NCBI GenBank assembly: GCA_963770935.1
Contig: CAVYRJ010000008.1
Location: forward strand, 64,001 to 128,000
Direction: 5' to 3'
Source of the DNA: Candidatus Bathyarchaeota archaeon
Lineage (GTDB): Archaea > Thermoproteota > Bathyarchaeia > Bathyarchaeales > Bathycorpusculaceae
DNA length: 64,000 nt
The translations under genes were made by a program, and so were the position numbers. Under the pieces are notes generated by a model. That model ran no database searches. It saw nothing but the letters and a program-made list of their open reading frames with translations, and had not been told where the DNA came from. Of this stretch, positions 19,948 through 28,839 are shown one piece after another (within the stretch, counting starts at the first letter, position 1; each line of letters begins with the position of its first letter).

Positions 19948-20814
19948 ATGGAAGGTTGGGAGGTGAAAATTATGGGAAGTAGAAAAGCTCTTTGCATCGG
20001 AGTAAACAAGTACAAGAATCTTCCTTCTGCCACGCTTCAGGGATGCGTTAACGACGTAAAGAATATGGAATCAATTCTTACTCAGTTTCTGGGTTTTTCT
20101 GGCACTTCTGGACCAAACCCAGACATAGTTGAATTAACGGATCTTAAGGCGACCAAGACTAAAATAATGAAAAATCTCAAGGAGATGGTTGATGGAGCAA
20201 AAAAAGGCAAATACAACTATCTGGTTTTTAGCATGTCAAGTCACGGAACTCAAGTCCCTGATACTTCAGAAGACGAACCAGACCGCGCTGATGAAGCTTT
20301 TTGTCCAACAGACCTAATTCAAAAAGGTAACCAGTGGGACCCAGCACACATAATAGTCGACGATGAACTTAATGACTTATTTACTCAATTACCACAAAAC
20401 GTTTCACTAGAAGTTTTCTTAGATACATGTCACAGCGGAACAGGCCTCAAAGCTATAGACTTGCTGTTAGATCGCAAACCTCGTTTTCTGCCGCCTCCAT
20501 CTTGGGAAGCTTTTGAGTTAGTTAATGGGCGTCGCTCTTTTGGCCTTCGGGACACTATGGCAAAAAATGAAGAAATTCACCATATACTTTGGACGGGATG
20601 CAGGTTTGACCAAACTAGCTCTGATGCAAATATTGCAGGAACTTGGAACGGAGCTTTCACATACTATCTTTGCAAGGAAATAAAAGCGAGCAATAACAAA
20701 CTAACCCGAAAACAACTCATGAATAAAGTTAGGGCTGACTTAGTGGCTAACCATTACGCTCAAATACCGCAACTAGAAATAGAAGCTACCAAACGAAATA
20801 TGCCAATTTCGTAA
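19948..20814 (+). CDS. stand-alone metacaspase/orthocaspase (peptidase C14)
   Basis: RKALCIGVNKY, LQGCVNDV, catalytic SSHG and DTCHSG dyad, DEAFCPTD and IVDDEL acidic S1-pocket motifs, QTSSDA, GAFT, QIPQL. Likely start at MGSRK behind GGAGGTGA. Confidence 0.93.
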   Translation: MEGWEVKIMGSRKALCIGVNKYKNLPSATLQGCVNDVKNMESILTQFLGFSGTSGPNPDIVELTDLKATKTKIMKNLKEMVDGAKKGKYNYLVFSMSSHGTQVPDTSEDEPDRADEAFCPTDLIQKGNQWDPAHIIVDDELNDLFTQLPQNVSLEVFLDTCHSGTGLKAIDLLLDRKPRFLPPPSWEAFELVNGRRSFGLRDTMAKNEEIHHILWTGCRFDQTSSDANIAGTWNGAFTYYLCKEIKASNNKLTRKQLMNKVRADLVANHYAQIPQLEIEATKRNMPIS

Positions 20815-20822
20815 AAAACACC

Positions 20823-20860
20823 GACGCACCTTAACCTATGGTGCATCTCTTCTTTTTTCC
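20823..20860 (+). terminator. putative terminator after the metacaspase
   Basis: Imperfect hairpin GACGCACC-n9-GGTGCATC followed by a pyrimidine/T tract. Confidence 0.4.
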
Positions 20861-21290
20861 TTGTTTTCAAGCATTTAGGTTTTCAAATGTGATACTTTTT
20901 GATTTTCGGATTGTCTAAATAGTCAGCAACTACATAGATAGACTAAATAGCAATTCAGGTTTTAGGTTAAATAAGGAAAACCGTTTTTCTTTGTATGTGA
21001 TTCGCAATAAGCTTCGGCTGGTCCAATAATGAGTATGCGCTTATCTTCAGCATAGATTGGTCTTGGACCATGAGAGCTCCCAATCGAAAACCTTAACTGT
21101 AATAAAATCCGTAGAGTTTATAGATAATCGGAAGATTTAAAGCGGTTCAAAACTTGTTTCACACTCTCAATTAGAATACGACGCCACCAAGTTTCTTCAA
21201 TTCTCTAATTCATTGCCACAATAAACTGCAATCTGCCGATCGGTGTGATAACTTAAAAAACTAAAATAAATCCAAAGTTGGTTAGAAAAC

Positions 21291-22886
21291 ATGCCAGATG
21301 AACCAAAGCAAATTGAGCATCTTGACGCGTTATTGGTGCATATCCAAGCTGCTTCGATGCCATGGATGTTCCAGCGCCAAGCTCAGTTGGGGCTATACTA
21401 TCTTGCTCAGCACGCAACTGACAAAGGCTTCAGGGTTCTTGTAGATAACCTTTCCTCCAATGACCATGTAGTCCGCAGGCTCTCTCGCATTCTCAACGAA
21501 CGCACATGTCGCCTTATTGGATTCTATGTTGACCAAGACAACTTGTGGACATTAAGAAGAATTTTGACGCCTCTTAAACGATTAATGCCCGACCTCAAAG
21601 TAGTACTCGGAGGACCTCAAGTAACCACTGATCCAGAGTTCACTTTGAATAACATTCCAGAAGCGCTTTGCGGCGTTGTGGGCGAAGGAGAAGAAACCTT
21701 TGCTGAGTTACTCTCTCTTCCAAATCTTAGTTCTGAAAACTTGGAAAAATGCCGAGGACTAATAATCAATGTTGATGGAATAATAGTGAAAACTGAACCA
21801 CGCGAATTAATTGAACCTCTGGATCGCCTATCCATTCCTCAACGCAAGAAACTGAGCATCGATCCGAAAACTGTTGGAGCTACCATGATTACTGGACGTG
21901 GTTGTATTGGGCATTGCGCGTTCTGTTACGAGGGCGGACATCACGAACATGGAAAAAAGATACGTTTGCATTCGGTTAAACGAAGCTTGGAAGAGTTCGA
22001 TTATCTCGTTCGCGAGTTCGACCGCTCCTACATAACCATAGTAGATGACTCTTTCGTTACCAATGTCAGTCGCCTCAAAGAATTCTGCAAAGAAGTCAAA
22101 GCCAAATACGGTGACAAGATTAAGTGGTTCTGTGAATCTCGCGTCGATGTTTTAGCTAAAAATCCTGATTTGCTCCCTACAATGATTGAGGCAGGACTCA
22201 TTCGGCTTCAAGTTGGCGGGGAATCAGGCAACCAGCATATACTGGATCTGTATGGGAAAGGCACCACTTTAGAACAGATGCATACGGTTGTGGAATCCGC
22301 GAAGAAGAATGGTTTGCTATCGATTTATGCTAATTTCATCGTGGGCGGCGCTTGTGAAACACAAGAAACTTATAGAAAAACTCGAGACTTCGCACTTGGA
22401 CTTCTTGATCTTGCTCCGGGCTGCATGGAAGTCGGAAGTTCCTTCTATACGCCTTATCCAGGAACTAGAATGTTCGAAAAACCTGAGGCTTTCGGAATTG
22501 AAGTTGTAGACCGAGAGGTTGTTACAGGCGCAGGCGATGAACACGCTTTTTGCAAAACCCAAGAGCTTTCAAGATTCGACATTCTGGCGATAAATCTAGA
22601 TTTTAAACGTAGCGTATCTCAAAAAATGAAAGAACTATGCAAACAGCTACCGTTTGAAGTGATCAAGAAGCACTTTCAAGCATTTCACAACTGGAATCTC
22701 TCCACCGAGTGGTATGAAGTTCTTGTGGGAGATCAGAGTCGGTACGCTTACTTCAAATCGATTCTTTCAGGAGGCGCGAAAGATTTTGCAGACATTGCCC
22801 AGCAGAATTTCTCAGAAGCCTATCCATGGCGCACAATTGATCTGGTGACATCTGAAAATGGCAAATATCGTAATTCGCACACATAA
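21291..22886 (+). CDS. cobalamin-dependent (class B) radical SAM enzyme
   Basis: B12-binding N-domain (QLGLYYLA, VVLGGPQVT, VGEGEETF), TGRGCIGHCAFC (CxxxCxxC), VDDSF, GGESG, FIVG, TPYPGT. Confidence 0.93.
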   Translation: MPDEPKQIEHLDALLVHIQAASMPWMFQRQAQLGLYYLAQHATDKGFRVLVDNLSSNDHVVRRLSRILNERTCRLIGFYVDQDNLWTLRRILTPLKRLMPDLKVVLGGPQVTTDPEFTLNNIPEALCGVVGEGEETFAELLSLPNLSSENLEKCRGLIINVDGIIVKTEPRELIEPLDRLSIPQRKKLSIDPKTVGATMITGRGCIGHCAFCYEGGHHEHGKKIRLHSVKRSLEEFDYLVREFDRSYITIVDDSFVTNVSRLKEFCKEVKAKYGDKIKWFCESRVDVLAKNPDLLPTMIEAGLIRLQVGGESGNQHILDLYGKGTTLEQMHTVVESAKKNGLLSIYANFIVGGACETQETYRKTRDFALGLLDLAPGCMEVGSSFYTPYPGTRMFEKPEAFGIEVVDREVVTGAGDEHAFCKTQELSRFDILAINLDFKRSVSQKMKELCKQLPFEVIKKHFQAFHNWNLSTEWYEVLVGDQSRYAYFKSILSGGAKDFADIAQQNFSEAYPWRTIDLVTSENGKYRNSHT

Positions 22887-23088
22887 CGGCAACGTACGTG
22901 TTTTGGATGAGCTGGAAAACATGGTTCTTGAGCTGTCCGCTGGTAAACTCAGTTTTGATGACATAGTCACGATAATAAGCAATCGAACGCCAGGAATCTC
23001 GGCAAGCATAATACGAGAAGCTTGCATAGAGCGATATGATACGTTTGACAAAGAATGTCTGGTTGTCTGGAAAACAAATGTGTTGTAA
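22858..23088 (+). CDS. PqqD/RRE-like domain, probably the frameshifted C-terminus of the radical SAM enzyme
   Basis: Beta-strands then helices: IVIRTHNGNVRVLDELENMVLELSAGKLSFDDIVTII...ERYDTFDKECLVVW. Overlaps the rSAM end by 29 nt; removing one base near 22866 fuses them into a 598-aa protein. Confidence 0.65.
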   Translation: MANIVIRTHNGNVRVLDELENMVLELSAGKLSFDDIVTIISNRTPGISASIIREACIERYDTFDKECLVVWKTNVL

Positions 23089-23289
23089 AACCGGAAAACT
23101 GCGTGCATTCAAGAATAAGGGAATGTGCTTTTGTTGTTTAGTTTTTGCTCGAATCAAAATGTTCTTATACCATCCAAAGAATAGTCACTTAAGGCTACAA
23201 GTCGTAGCATAATTCTTGCGATACAACAAATTCTCTCAGATTAAAATGGAACAATCGAGAGAAAACGATGGAGTAAGGAGGTGATGTGA

Positions 23290-23664
23290 ATGGCGAAAAC
23301 TGAAAGTAAAAAGGCTGCCCGGAAAATTCTTGTGGAGTTTGAGATGAATCCTGAGGACGTGAAAAAACTCATACAATCTGGAAAGAAAGGACCTAAGAAG
23401 CTGCTTGGCGATGCAGAATTTGATAAGCTCATAAAAGTAGGCGCAATCAAGGCTTCTGATTATCTTGACCCAGTTCAAATGGAAGAAGCGTCTCGAGGAA
23501 TAGGATCATGGATAAGGAAAGTCGGAGGTAAAATTAAGAAAGCAATTTCCAACCCAACTGTTCAAACTACGGTCGTAACAATTGTGGCTGGGAAACTTAC
23601 TTCAAGAGAAATGGAGAAAGAATTGGAACTTGATAACGAAGAAGAAGATAAGCCTAAAGATTAG
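23290..23664 (+). CDS. putative RiPP / antimicrobial-peptide precursor (leader - cationic core - acidic follower)
   Basis: Strong RBS AAGGAGGTGA at 23275-23284. Sequence ...MEEASR|GIGSWIRKVGGKIKKAISNPTVQTTVVTIVAGKLTSR|EMEKELELDNEEEDKPKD, directly downstream of the rSAM-RRE. Confidence 0.6.
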   Translation: MAKTESKKAARKILVEFEMNPEDVKKLIQSGKKGPKKLLGDAEFDKLIKVGAIKASDYLDPVQMEEASRGIGSWIRKVGGKIKKAISNPTVQTTVVTIVAGKLTSREMEKELELDNEEEDKPKD

Positions 23665-24000
23665 CAAGCACAACTGAATCGAACTAATAACTCTGCTCAT
23701 TGACGATAATGGCAGGAAAATATAATCGCAACTAAAACATCTATTATTTTGCAAACGGTTTCAGTCTCTGACACAAATTATATCACGATCGAGAAAATGA
23801 GGATAGTCGGTTCGAGGTTCACATCGACAGGCTATCAGATCTACTCTTTTTTGGTTAGTCAACATACTTTTCATGCTAATTGAAGTCAATTAATTTGTTA
23901 TATTCTTATATTTGTACGGAATTAGCAAATTTAAAGCAAAAAAAGAAAAGGAAATAAACGCCGACACGCTTCCAACTAGACAAGAAGGTTTTATTGAGTT

Positions 24001-24408
24001 ATGTACGACGGATACATATTTTTCTGTACCAAAGAATCCCAGCAACAATGTTTAAGCAATAAACGCTACACTTGCGCGGATGAACTAACAAAGCCCCCAG
24101 AGGAGCAAATTAAGGTGGGTTCAATAATTTTCCTTTTTAATGTTGGCGATAAGAGTTTGCTGGGTCCTTTCACAGCCTTGGCGGAAGGCGATCAGTTGGA
24201 TGCTGGCGCATGGGCAATGGACGTTGACACCCACATACCGTCCGAAGACCTCAAAGTAACTTGGGAGGACCTGCATATAATCCAAAACGCACCTGAAAAA
24301 CTCCCGTTCCTAAAGGAACCAAAAACCTGCAAGCTAACATCTTTAGAAACACAGAATACTTTAGACCAGCTAAAACAGGGCGAACTCTACCTTTACGCTA
24401 AAAAGTAG
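24001..24408 (+). CDS. DCD (development and cell death)/PUA-like domain protein
   Basis: GYIFFC...QQCL...IKVGSIIFLFNV...LLGPFTA matches the DCD pattern as recalled (GxIFxC...ECF...IKPGxxLFLFN...LxGxFxA). Confidence 0.7.
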   Translation: MYDGYIFFCTKESQQQCLSNKRYTCADELTKPPEEQIKVGSIIFLFNVGDKSLLGPFTALAEGDQLDAGAWAMDVDTHIPSEDLKVTWEDLHIIQNAPEKLPFLKEPKTCKLTSLETQNTLDQLKQGELYLYAKK

Positions 24409-24413
24409 ATGAA

Positions 24414-24602
24414 CTATTGCTTACTGAATTTTTTTGCTTCTAACTCCACGATTTTGTGGCAGTTAAGGCATCGTGTCAACTTAAATTCTAAGCCGTTGAG
24501 AATGTCAAATTGCCTCTGGTTGTACAACTCCTGTTCATGGACACAATTAAGCTGACGTGTACTAAACAGAATATCTTCTTCCATTTGCCTTCTCCTTCTC
24601 AC
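24414..24602 (-). CDS. small putative zinc-binding protein
   Basis: CVH...CLNCH. Confidence 0.55.
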   Translation of the reverse strand: MRRRRQMEEDILFSTRQLNCVHEQELYNQRQFDILNGLEFKLTRCLNCHKIVELEAKKFSKQ

Positions 24603-24665
24603 TTAACTGTAAAACTAAGGTTGCTTAAAAAAATTTGCAAACAAAAAAGCTAAGGTAAATAGCGG

Positions 24666-25094
24666 TTACTCTGCTGTTTTCACTTCAACTTCAACTTTAA
24701 CCGGCACAGATTCCTTGTAAACAAACAGCACTGGGCAACCTGCTTCAGTCCGTCGCCAAGCAGCTTCAACTAAAGCTTTCCGTGCTTTCGACGCAATGTT
24801 GACTTTCATCGAAACTCCGCTTAACGTAGGCGAATTAGCTGTTTTCTCCGCTTCCACCGAAATGTTGATGTTGCCGGGATCAATCTTGCTGTTCTTGCAG
24901 ACATCCGCGTAGATTATAACTCCGCAGCCAGCCAGAGCCATCAAAGCCAACTCCAGCGGTGTGGGTCCAGCGTTTGTTCCTCCTGAAGCTTCGGATAAAT
25001 CGCAGATAACACTGTGTCCTCTGCCATTATCGGTTACTAAACGGACATTTTCAATAAGTTTCGCGTTTCCTTTAAGTTTAGCCATAAAATTCAC
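24666..25094 (-). CDS. OsmC/Ohr-family protein
   Basis: GGTNAGPTPLELALMALAGC...CPV. Confidence 0.9.
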   Translation of the reverse strand: MNFMAKLKGNAKLIENVRLVTDNGRGHSVICDLSEASGGTNAGPTPLELALMALAGCGVIIYADVCKNSKIDPGNINISVEAEKTANSPTLSGVSMKVNIASKARKALVEAAWRRTEAGCPVLFVYKESVPVKVEVEVKTAE

Positions 25095-25225
25095 TTGGAG
25101 AAATTAGAAGTTTATTACGGATTTAAGAATTCTGTTCTTCAAAACTGACCGTTGAATTTGCAGTTGGAATGTGAAGTGTTAAATAGCAAAAAACCCGTTT
25201 CAACTAAACAAAAGAGGAGCAATAC

Positions 25226-26305
25226 TTGAAAAACAAAGGTCCCCTATTTATCGTTCCCTGGCGATGCACGTTCGCCTGTGGCAGCACCTGCGTTCACTGC
25301 ACCTCGGCAGAAAAACTCGCGGCTCCAGATGAGATGGGAACTGAAGATGCTAAAAAAATGGTCGATAAAATAGCGGATTTTGGCGCAACTTTTTTTGGAA
25401 TCACGGGTGGACAACCATTTCTGCGCAAAGACCTCTTCGAAGTGTTGGATTACGCGACAGAAAAGGGTTTGAGTACCAGCATAATTACCGATGGGCGTCT
25501 CCTTGATGAGGAAGCGTTCAAAAAAATAGTGAAAAATCAAACTAAAATTTCAGTCAGCATTGACGGCGCAGAAAAAACTAACGATGCCATCCGAGGCAAG
25601 GGCGCCTACAAAGCGGCAGTCTTAGCGATCGAGCGGTTTTCAAAAGAAAAACTCCTAAACTGCCTAGTTTACACTTTTGCAAACGCAGGCCAAACGACCA
25701 ACGCAAACGAGGATGATATGAGACATGTGCTGGATTTAGCTAAAAAGTACGATGCCCGCTGGGTAGTTTTCCACGGCATGGTTCCCTACAGCAGCGACCC
25801 AGCCTGTCTAAAAGCTGACCTCACCCCTGCCCAGTACGAGTGGGTGTGCAACAAACTCTACGACCTAACCCCAGAGTATAACGGGAAACCCTGCATCAAC
25901 GTCTACATACCCTTCTATGCCCGAGTAGCAAAACAACGAGGCATGCCCGACTTCGACAACTGGTACAACAACTTCTTCTTGGGCAGATGCTTTTTCGGCA
26001 AATTCATGAGCGTGGCAGAAAACGGCGAGGTTATTCCCTGCAGCTACAATGATGCTTACCACGTCGGCAATGTTAAAAACAAATCTCTTGGGCAAATTTG
26101 GAAGAAAATGCAGAAAAGCGAATTCTTCAACAAAGTTAAAGATAAAGCTAACATCAAGGGCAAATGCGGCGTCTGCGAATACAAAGACCTCTGTGGCGGC
26201 TGCCGATCAGCTGCACTATTCTACACAGGAGACATCCTTGGGTCAGACCCAAGATGCGCCTACATACCTGCTGCTCTTAGCAAAACTAAGTCTCCTATTC
26301 GTTAG
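25226..26305 (+). CDS. radical SAM/SPASM domain protein
   Basis: CGSTCVHC, TGGQPFLR, VSIDG, SPASM cysteines C...GEVIPC...KCGVCEYKDLCGGCR...DPRC. Confidence 0.92.
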   Translation: MKNKGPLFIVPWRCTFACGSTCVHCTSAEKLAAPDEMGTEDAKKMVDKIADFGATFFGITGGQPFLRKDLFEVLDYATEKGLSTSIITDGRLLDEEAFKKIVKNQTKISVSIDGAEKTNDAIRGKGAYKAAVLAIERFSKEKLLNCLVYTFANAGQTTNANEDDMRHVLDLAKKYDARWVVFHGMVPYSSDPACLKADLTPAQYEWVCNKLYDLTPEYNGKPCINVYIPFYARVAKQRGMPDFDNWYNNFFLGRCFFGKFMSVAENGEVIPCSYNDAYHVGNVKNKSLGQIWKKMQKSEFFNKVKDKANIKGKCGVCEYKDLCGGCRSAALFYTGDILGSDPRCAYIPAALSKTKSPIR

Positions 26306-26729
26306 GTCTACCCATTTGCTAAGATGATAAATACCGCTTATCTAAGAGAGCAGTCTAAGAGTAAACCGGATCAGCGTCTCTATCCAGTAAACTTAGTTTA
26401 TTGGACGATTCTGTTTTAGGATGGCTGCAACAGTTGCAGCAGTTCTGCGCCTACGCCTAATAATCAACACCGATACCTGCAAGCGCAACTAATACAGCTA
26501 TGGCAACGATAATGGCTATCCAAGGTGTCTTGGCTGGACTTAATGTCTGCATGAAGGGTATTTATATGGTGAATGCATGTTGACTTTGAGAGTACATGCA
26601 TGAGATGATCCAAACCCCTTGTTTTGCCTGCGCTTTTTGGGCTATATAGTTTGCATTTTTTACTTGAAGAATCCTCAAATTGGACGCAACAAATTATGGT
26701 GGTCTATAGAGCCGAAGAGAACCATGTCT

Positions 26730-26833
26730 CGACGCAGCTCAGGGCACTATTTTAAACAAACGACTTTTTAAGTTCAGACCCACGATGCGGATACATACCT
26801 AAAATGCTGAGGGATAGTCAATTCCAATATTAA
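26730..26833 (+). pseudogene. remnant of the C-terminus of a paralogous radical SAM/SPASM gene
   Basis: DFLSSDPRCGYIPKMLRDSQFQY* versus DILGSDPRCAYIP of the upstream gene. DNA tcagacccacgatgcggatacatacct versus tcagacccaagatgcgcctacatacct. Confidence 0.65.
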
Positions 26834-26926
26834 ATCCAAAAGTCAGTTATCGAGAGCGACGTGCACCCAAAAATATTTGGAAGAGAGAGGGGTAAAGGGA
26901 ATCTTGTCTGGATGCACGTCACACAT

Positions 26927-27247
26927 TTACATTGGACTTCTCAGATGCTGTTGGAAGAGGAATCCGCAGGTTTGTCTGGACTTGCTGTAGTTTCGTTGCG
27001 CTTTGGCTTTGGGGAAAGACAGTTTCTGTGAGCCTTTACTTGTTATGAAAACTGAGCCGCCGTTTTTGAGGTGTTCTTTAACTTGGCAGAAATCAACTTG
27101 TTTTGATTCTTGAACTTCAACGTCGTCGCTGGCGTCGTTGTCGAGAAGTAGTACTTGAAAAACTGATGGCTTCGTTTTTTTCTTTAGCATAGTTGCCATT
27201 TTAATGTTTCTTCCTTTCAGTTTGAGAGTAACTGTATATTTCTTCAA
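26927..27247 (-). CDS. hypothetical protein
   Basis: Open frame with protein-like composition; likely start at MATMLKK. Confidence 0.55.
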   Translation of the reverse strand: MKKYTVTLKLKGRNIKMATMLKKKTKPSVFQVLLLDNDASDDVEVQESKQVDFCQVKEHLKNGGSVFITSKGSQKLSFPKAKAQRNYSKSRQTCGFLFQQHLRSPM

Positions 27248-27295
27248 AAAATGTTTAAAGCTATGTTGTTGCTAGCCCGCTACCACAAGATATTA

Positions 27296-27953
27296 TTACT
27301 GCAAGATAAAAGGGAGAATATGAGGGTCTTTTAGGGTCTCAACGATTAAATCAGGCTTTTCCTGCTCAAGCTCTTGCTTAGAGTAAACACCTGTTGTAAC
27401 GGCGATGCAGCCCATGTTTGCGGTTTTAGCGGCCTTAACACCGAAAATCGAATCCTCAAAAACCACACACTCCTTTGGCTTAGCCTTTAGATGTTCAGCT
27501 GTTTTCAGAAAAATTTCTGGGTCAGGCTTTGAGTTGGAAACCGCTTCAACAGTTAAAATCGTGTCAAAACAGTCCGCTATACCGTTATTGTGAAGCAAGT
27601 GCATGACAACGACTCGGCTATTCATCGATGCCAAACCCACCTTCACCTTGCCCTTGTAGCGCCTCCAAAAGCTCCTTTGAACCTTCAAACAACTCCACCT
27701 CCTTGGCTAACTCGATTTGCACTTTACTCTTCCGTTCAACAAGTTGCTTCACTATTTTCTCGTCAACCCGCCTGTTTGCAGCTTTAAGGATTTCACGGAA
27801 GGTTTCGGATGCGCCGATCCCGATTCTGCGTTCAATGTATTCGGTGGGGACTTCGAGGTTAATTTCTTTAAGCGCTTTTTGGAATGAAACCACAATTACC
27901 TTTCGTGTATCGGCTAGTGTGCCGTCCCAATCGAAGATTACTGCTTCAAACAT
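27296..27953 (-). CDS. HAD-superfamily phosphatase (frameshifted near 27650)
   Basis: FDWDGTL in the 27618-27953 ORF; KPDPEIF and FEDS in the 27296-27688 ORF. Confidence 0.88.
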
Positions 27954-27962
27954 TGTATTTCG

Positions 27963-28773
27963 CTATGTGAGGTTTAGTTTTTCGCGGATAGCTTGGCTTT
28001 TTTTGGTGGCTTCTTCGATTGCGCGTATCATGGCGGGTCGGATTTGGCTTTGTTCGATTTGGTAGATGGCTTCGATGGTTGTTCCGCCAGGCGTTGTGGT
28101 CATGTCTTTTATTTTTGCTGGTTCCTCATTTAGCTCTATGACAAGTTTGCCTGTACCCATTACCGTTTGAGCTGCGGCTTTTAGAGCGATGTTACGGGGC
28201 AATCCCACTTTTAGTCCAGCGTAAGTCAAGGCTTCGATGATAATTGACATGTAGCCAGGTCCACTACCGCTAACCGCAGTGATGGCATCCATGTACTTTT
28301 CGTCAACCTCATCACAGACGCCCATCATATTCAGTAAAACTTTGATTTTCTCTTTGTCTTCTGCCTGTCACGTTTTCTCCGCAACAATACGCCGTGTAGG
28401 CAGCCTGCACCATCGCTCCGAGGTTAGGCATTATCCTTACTATTCTGCATTCAACTGGAGCATTCTTCTTTAGAAAACTCAAGGGCACAGTTGCGGCAAC
28501 CGATATGAGAAGTTTTCCTTTGATTTCCTTGCTTATTTCCTTTAGAACCTTCTCAACGTCGCCTGGCTTAACAATTATGAAAACAATATCTGCCTCCCCG
28601 GCGGATTTGCAGTTGTCAGAGGAAACCTTAACACCCAACTTTTCCAAGTCGCCGAGTTTTTCCGGTGCGATATCGACAGCTGTGATTTTACCAGCGTACT
28701 TGCCTTTGACGAGGCTTTTGATTATGGCGCTTCCCATCATGCCAGCGCCGATTACTGTGATTTTATCGTTCAT
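27963..28773 (-). CDS. proC: pyrroline-5-carboxylate reductase (frameshifted near 28360)
   Basis: IGAGMMG, VKP and RIMPN in one ORF; TAVSGSGPGY and TPGGTT in the other. Confidence 0.92.
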
Positions 28774-28839
28774 GAGTATTCACTTATCTTGTAGAAACAC
28801 GGGTTTTGCTCTTTAAACTTTCGTAGCCAAGCCGAATGC

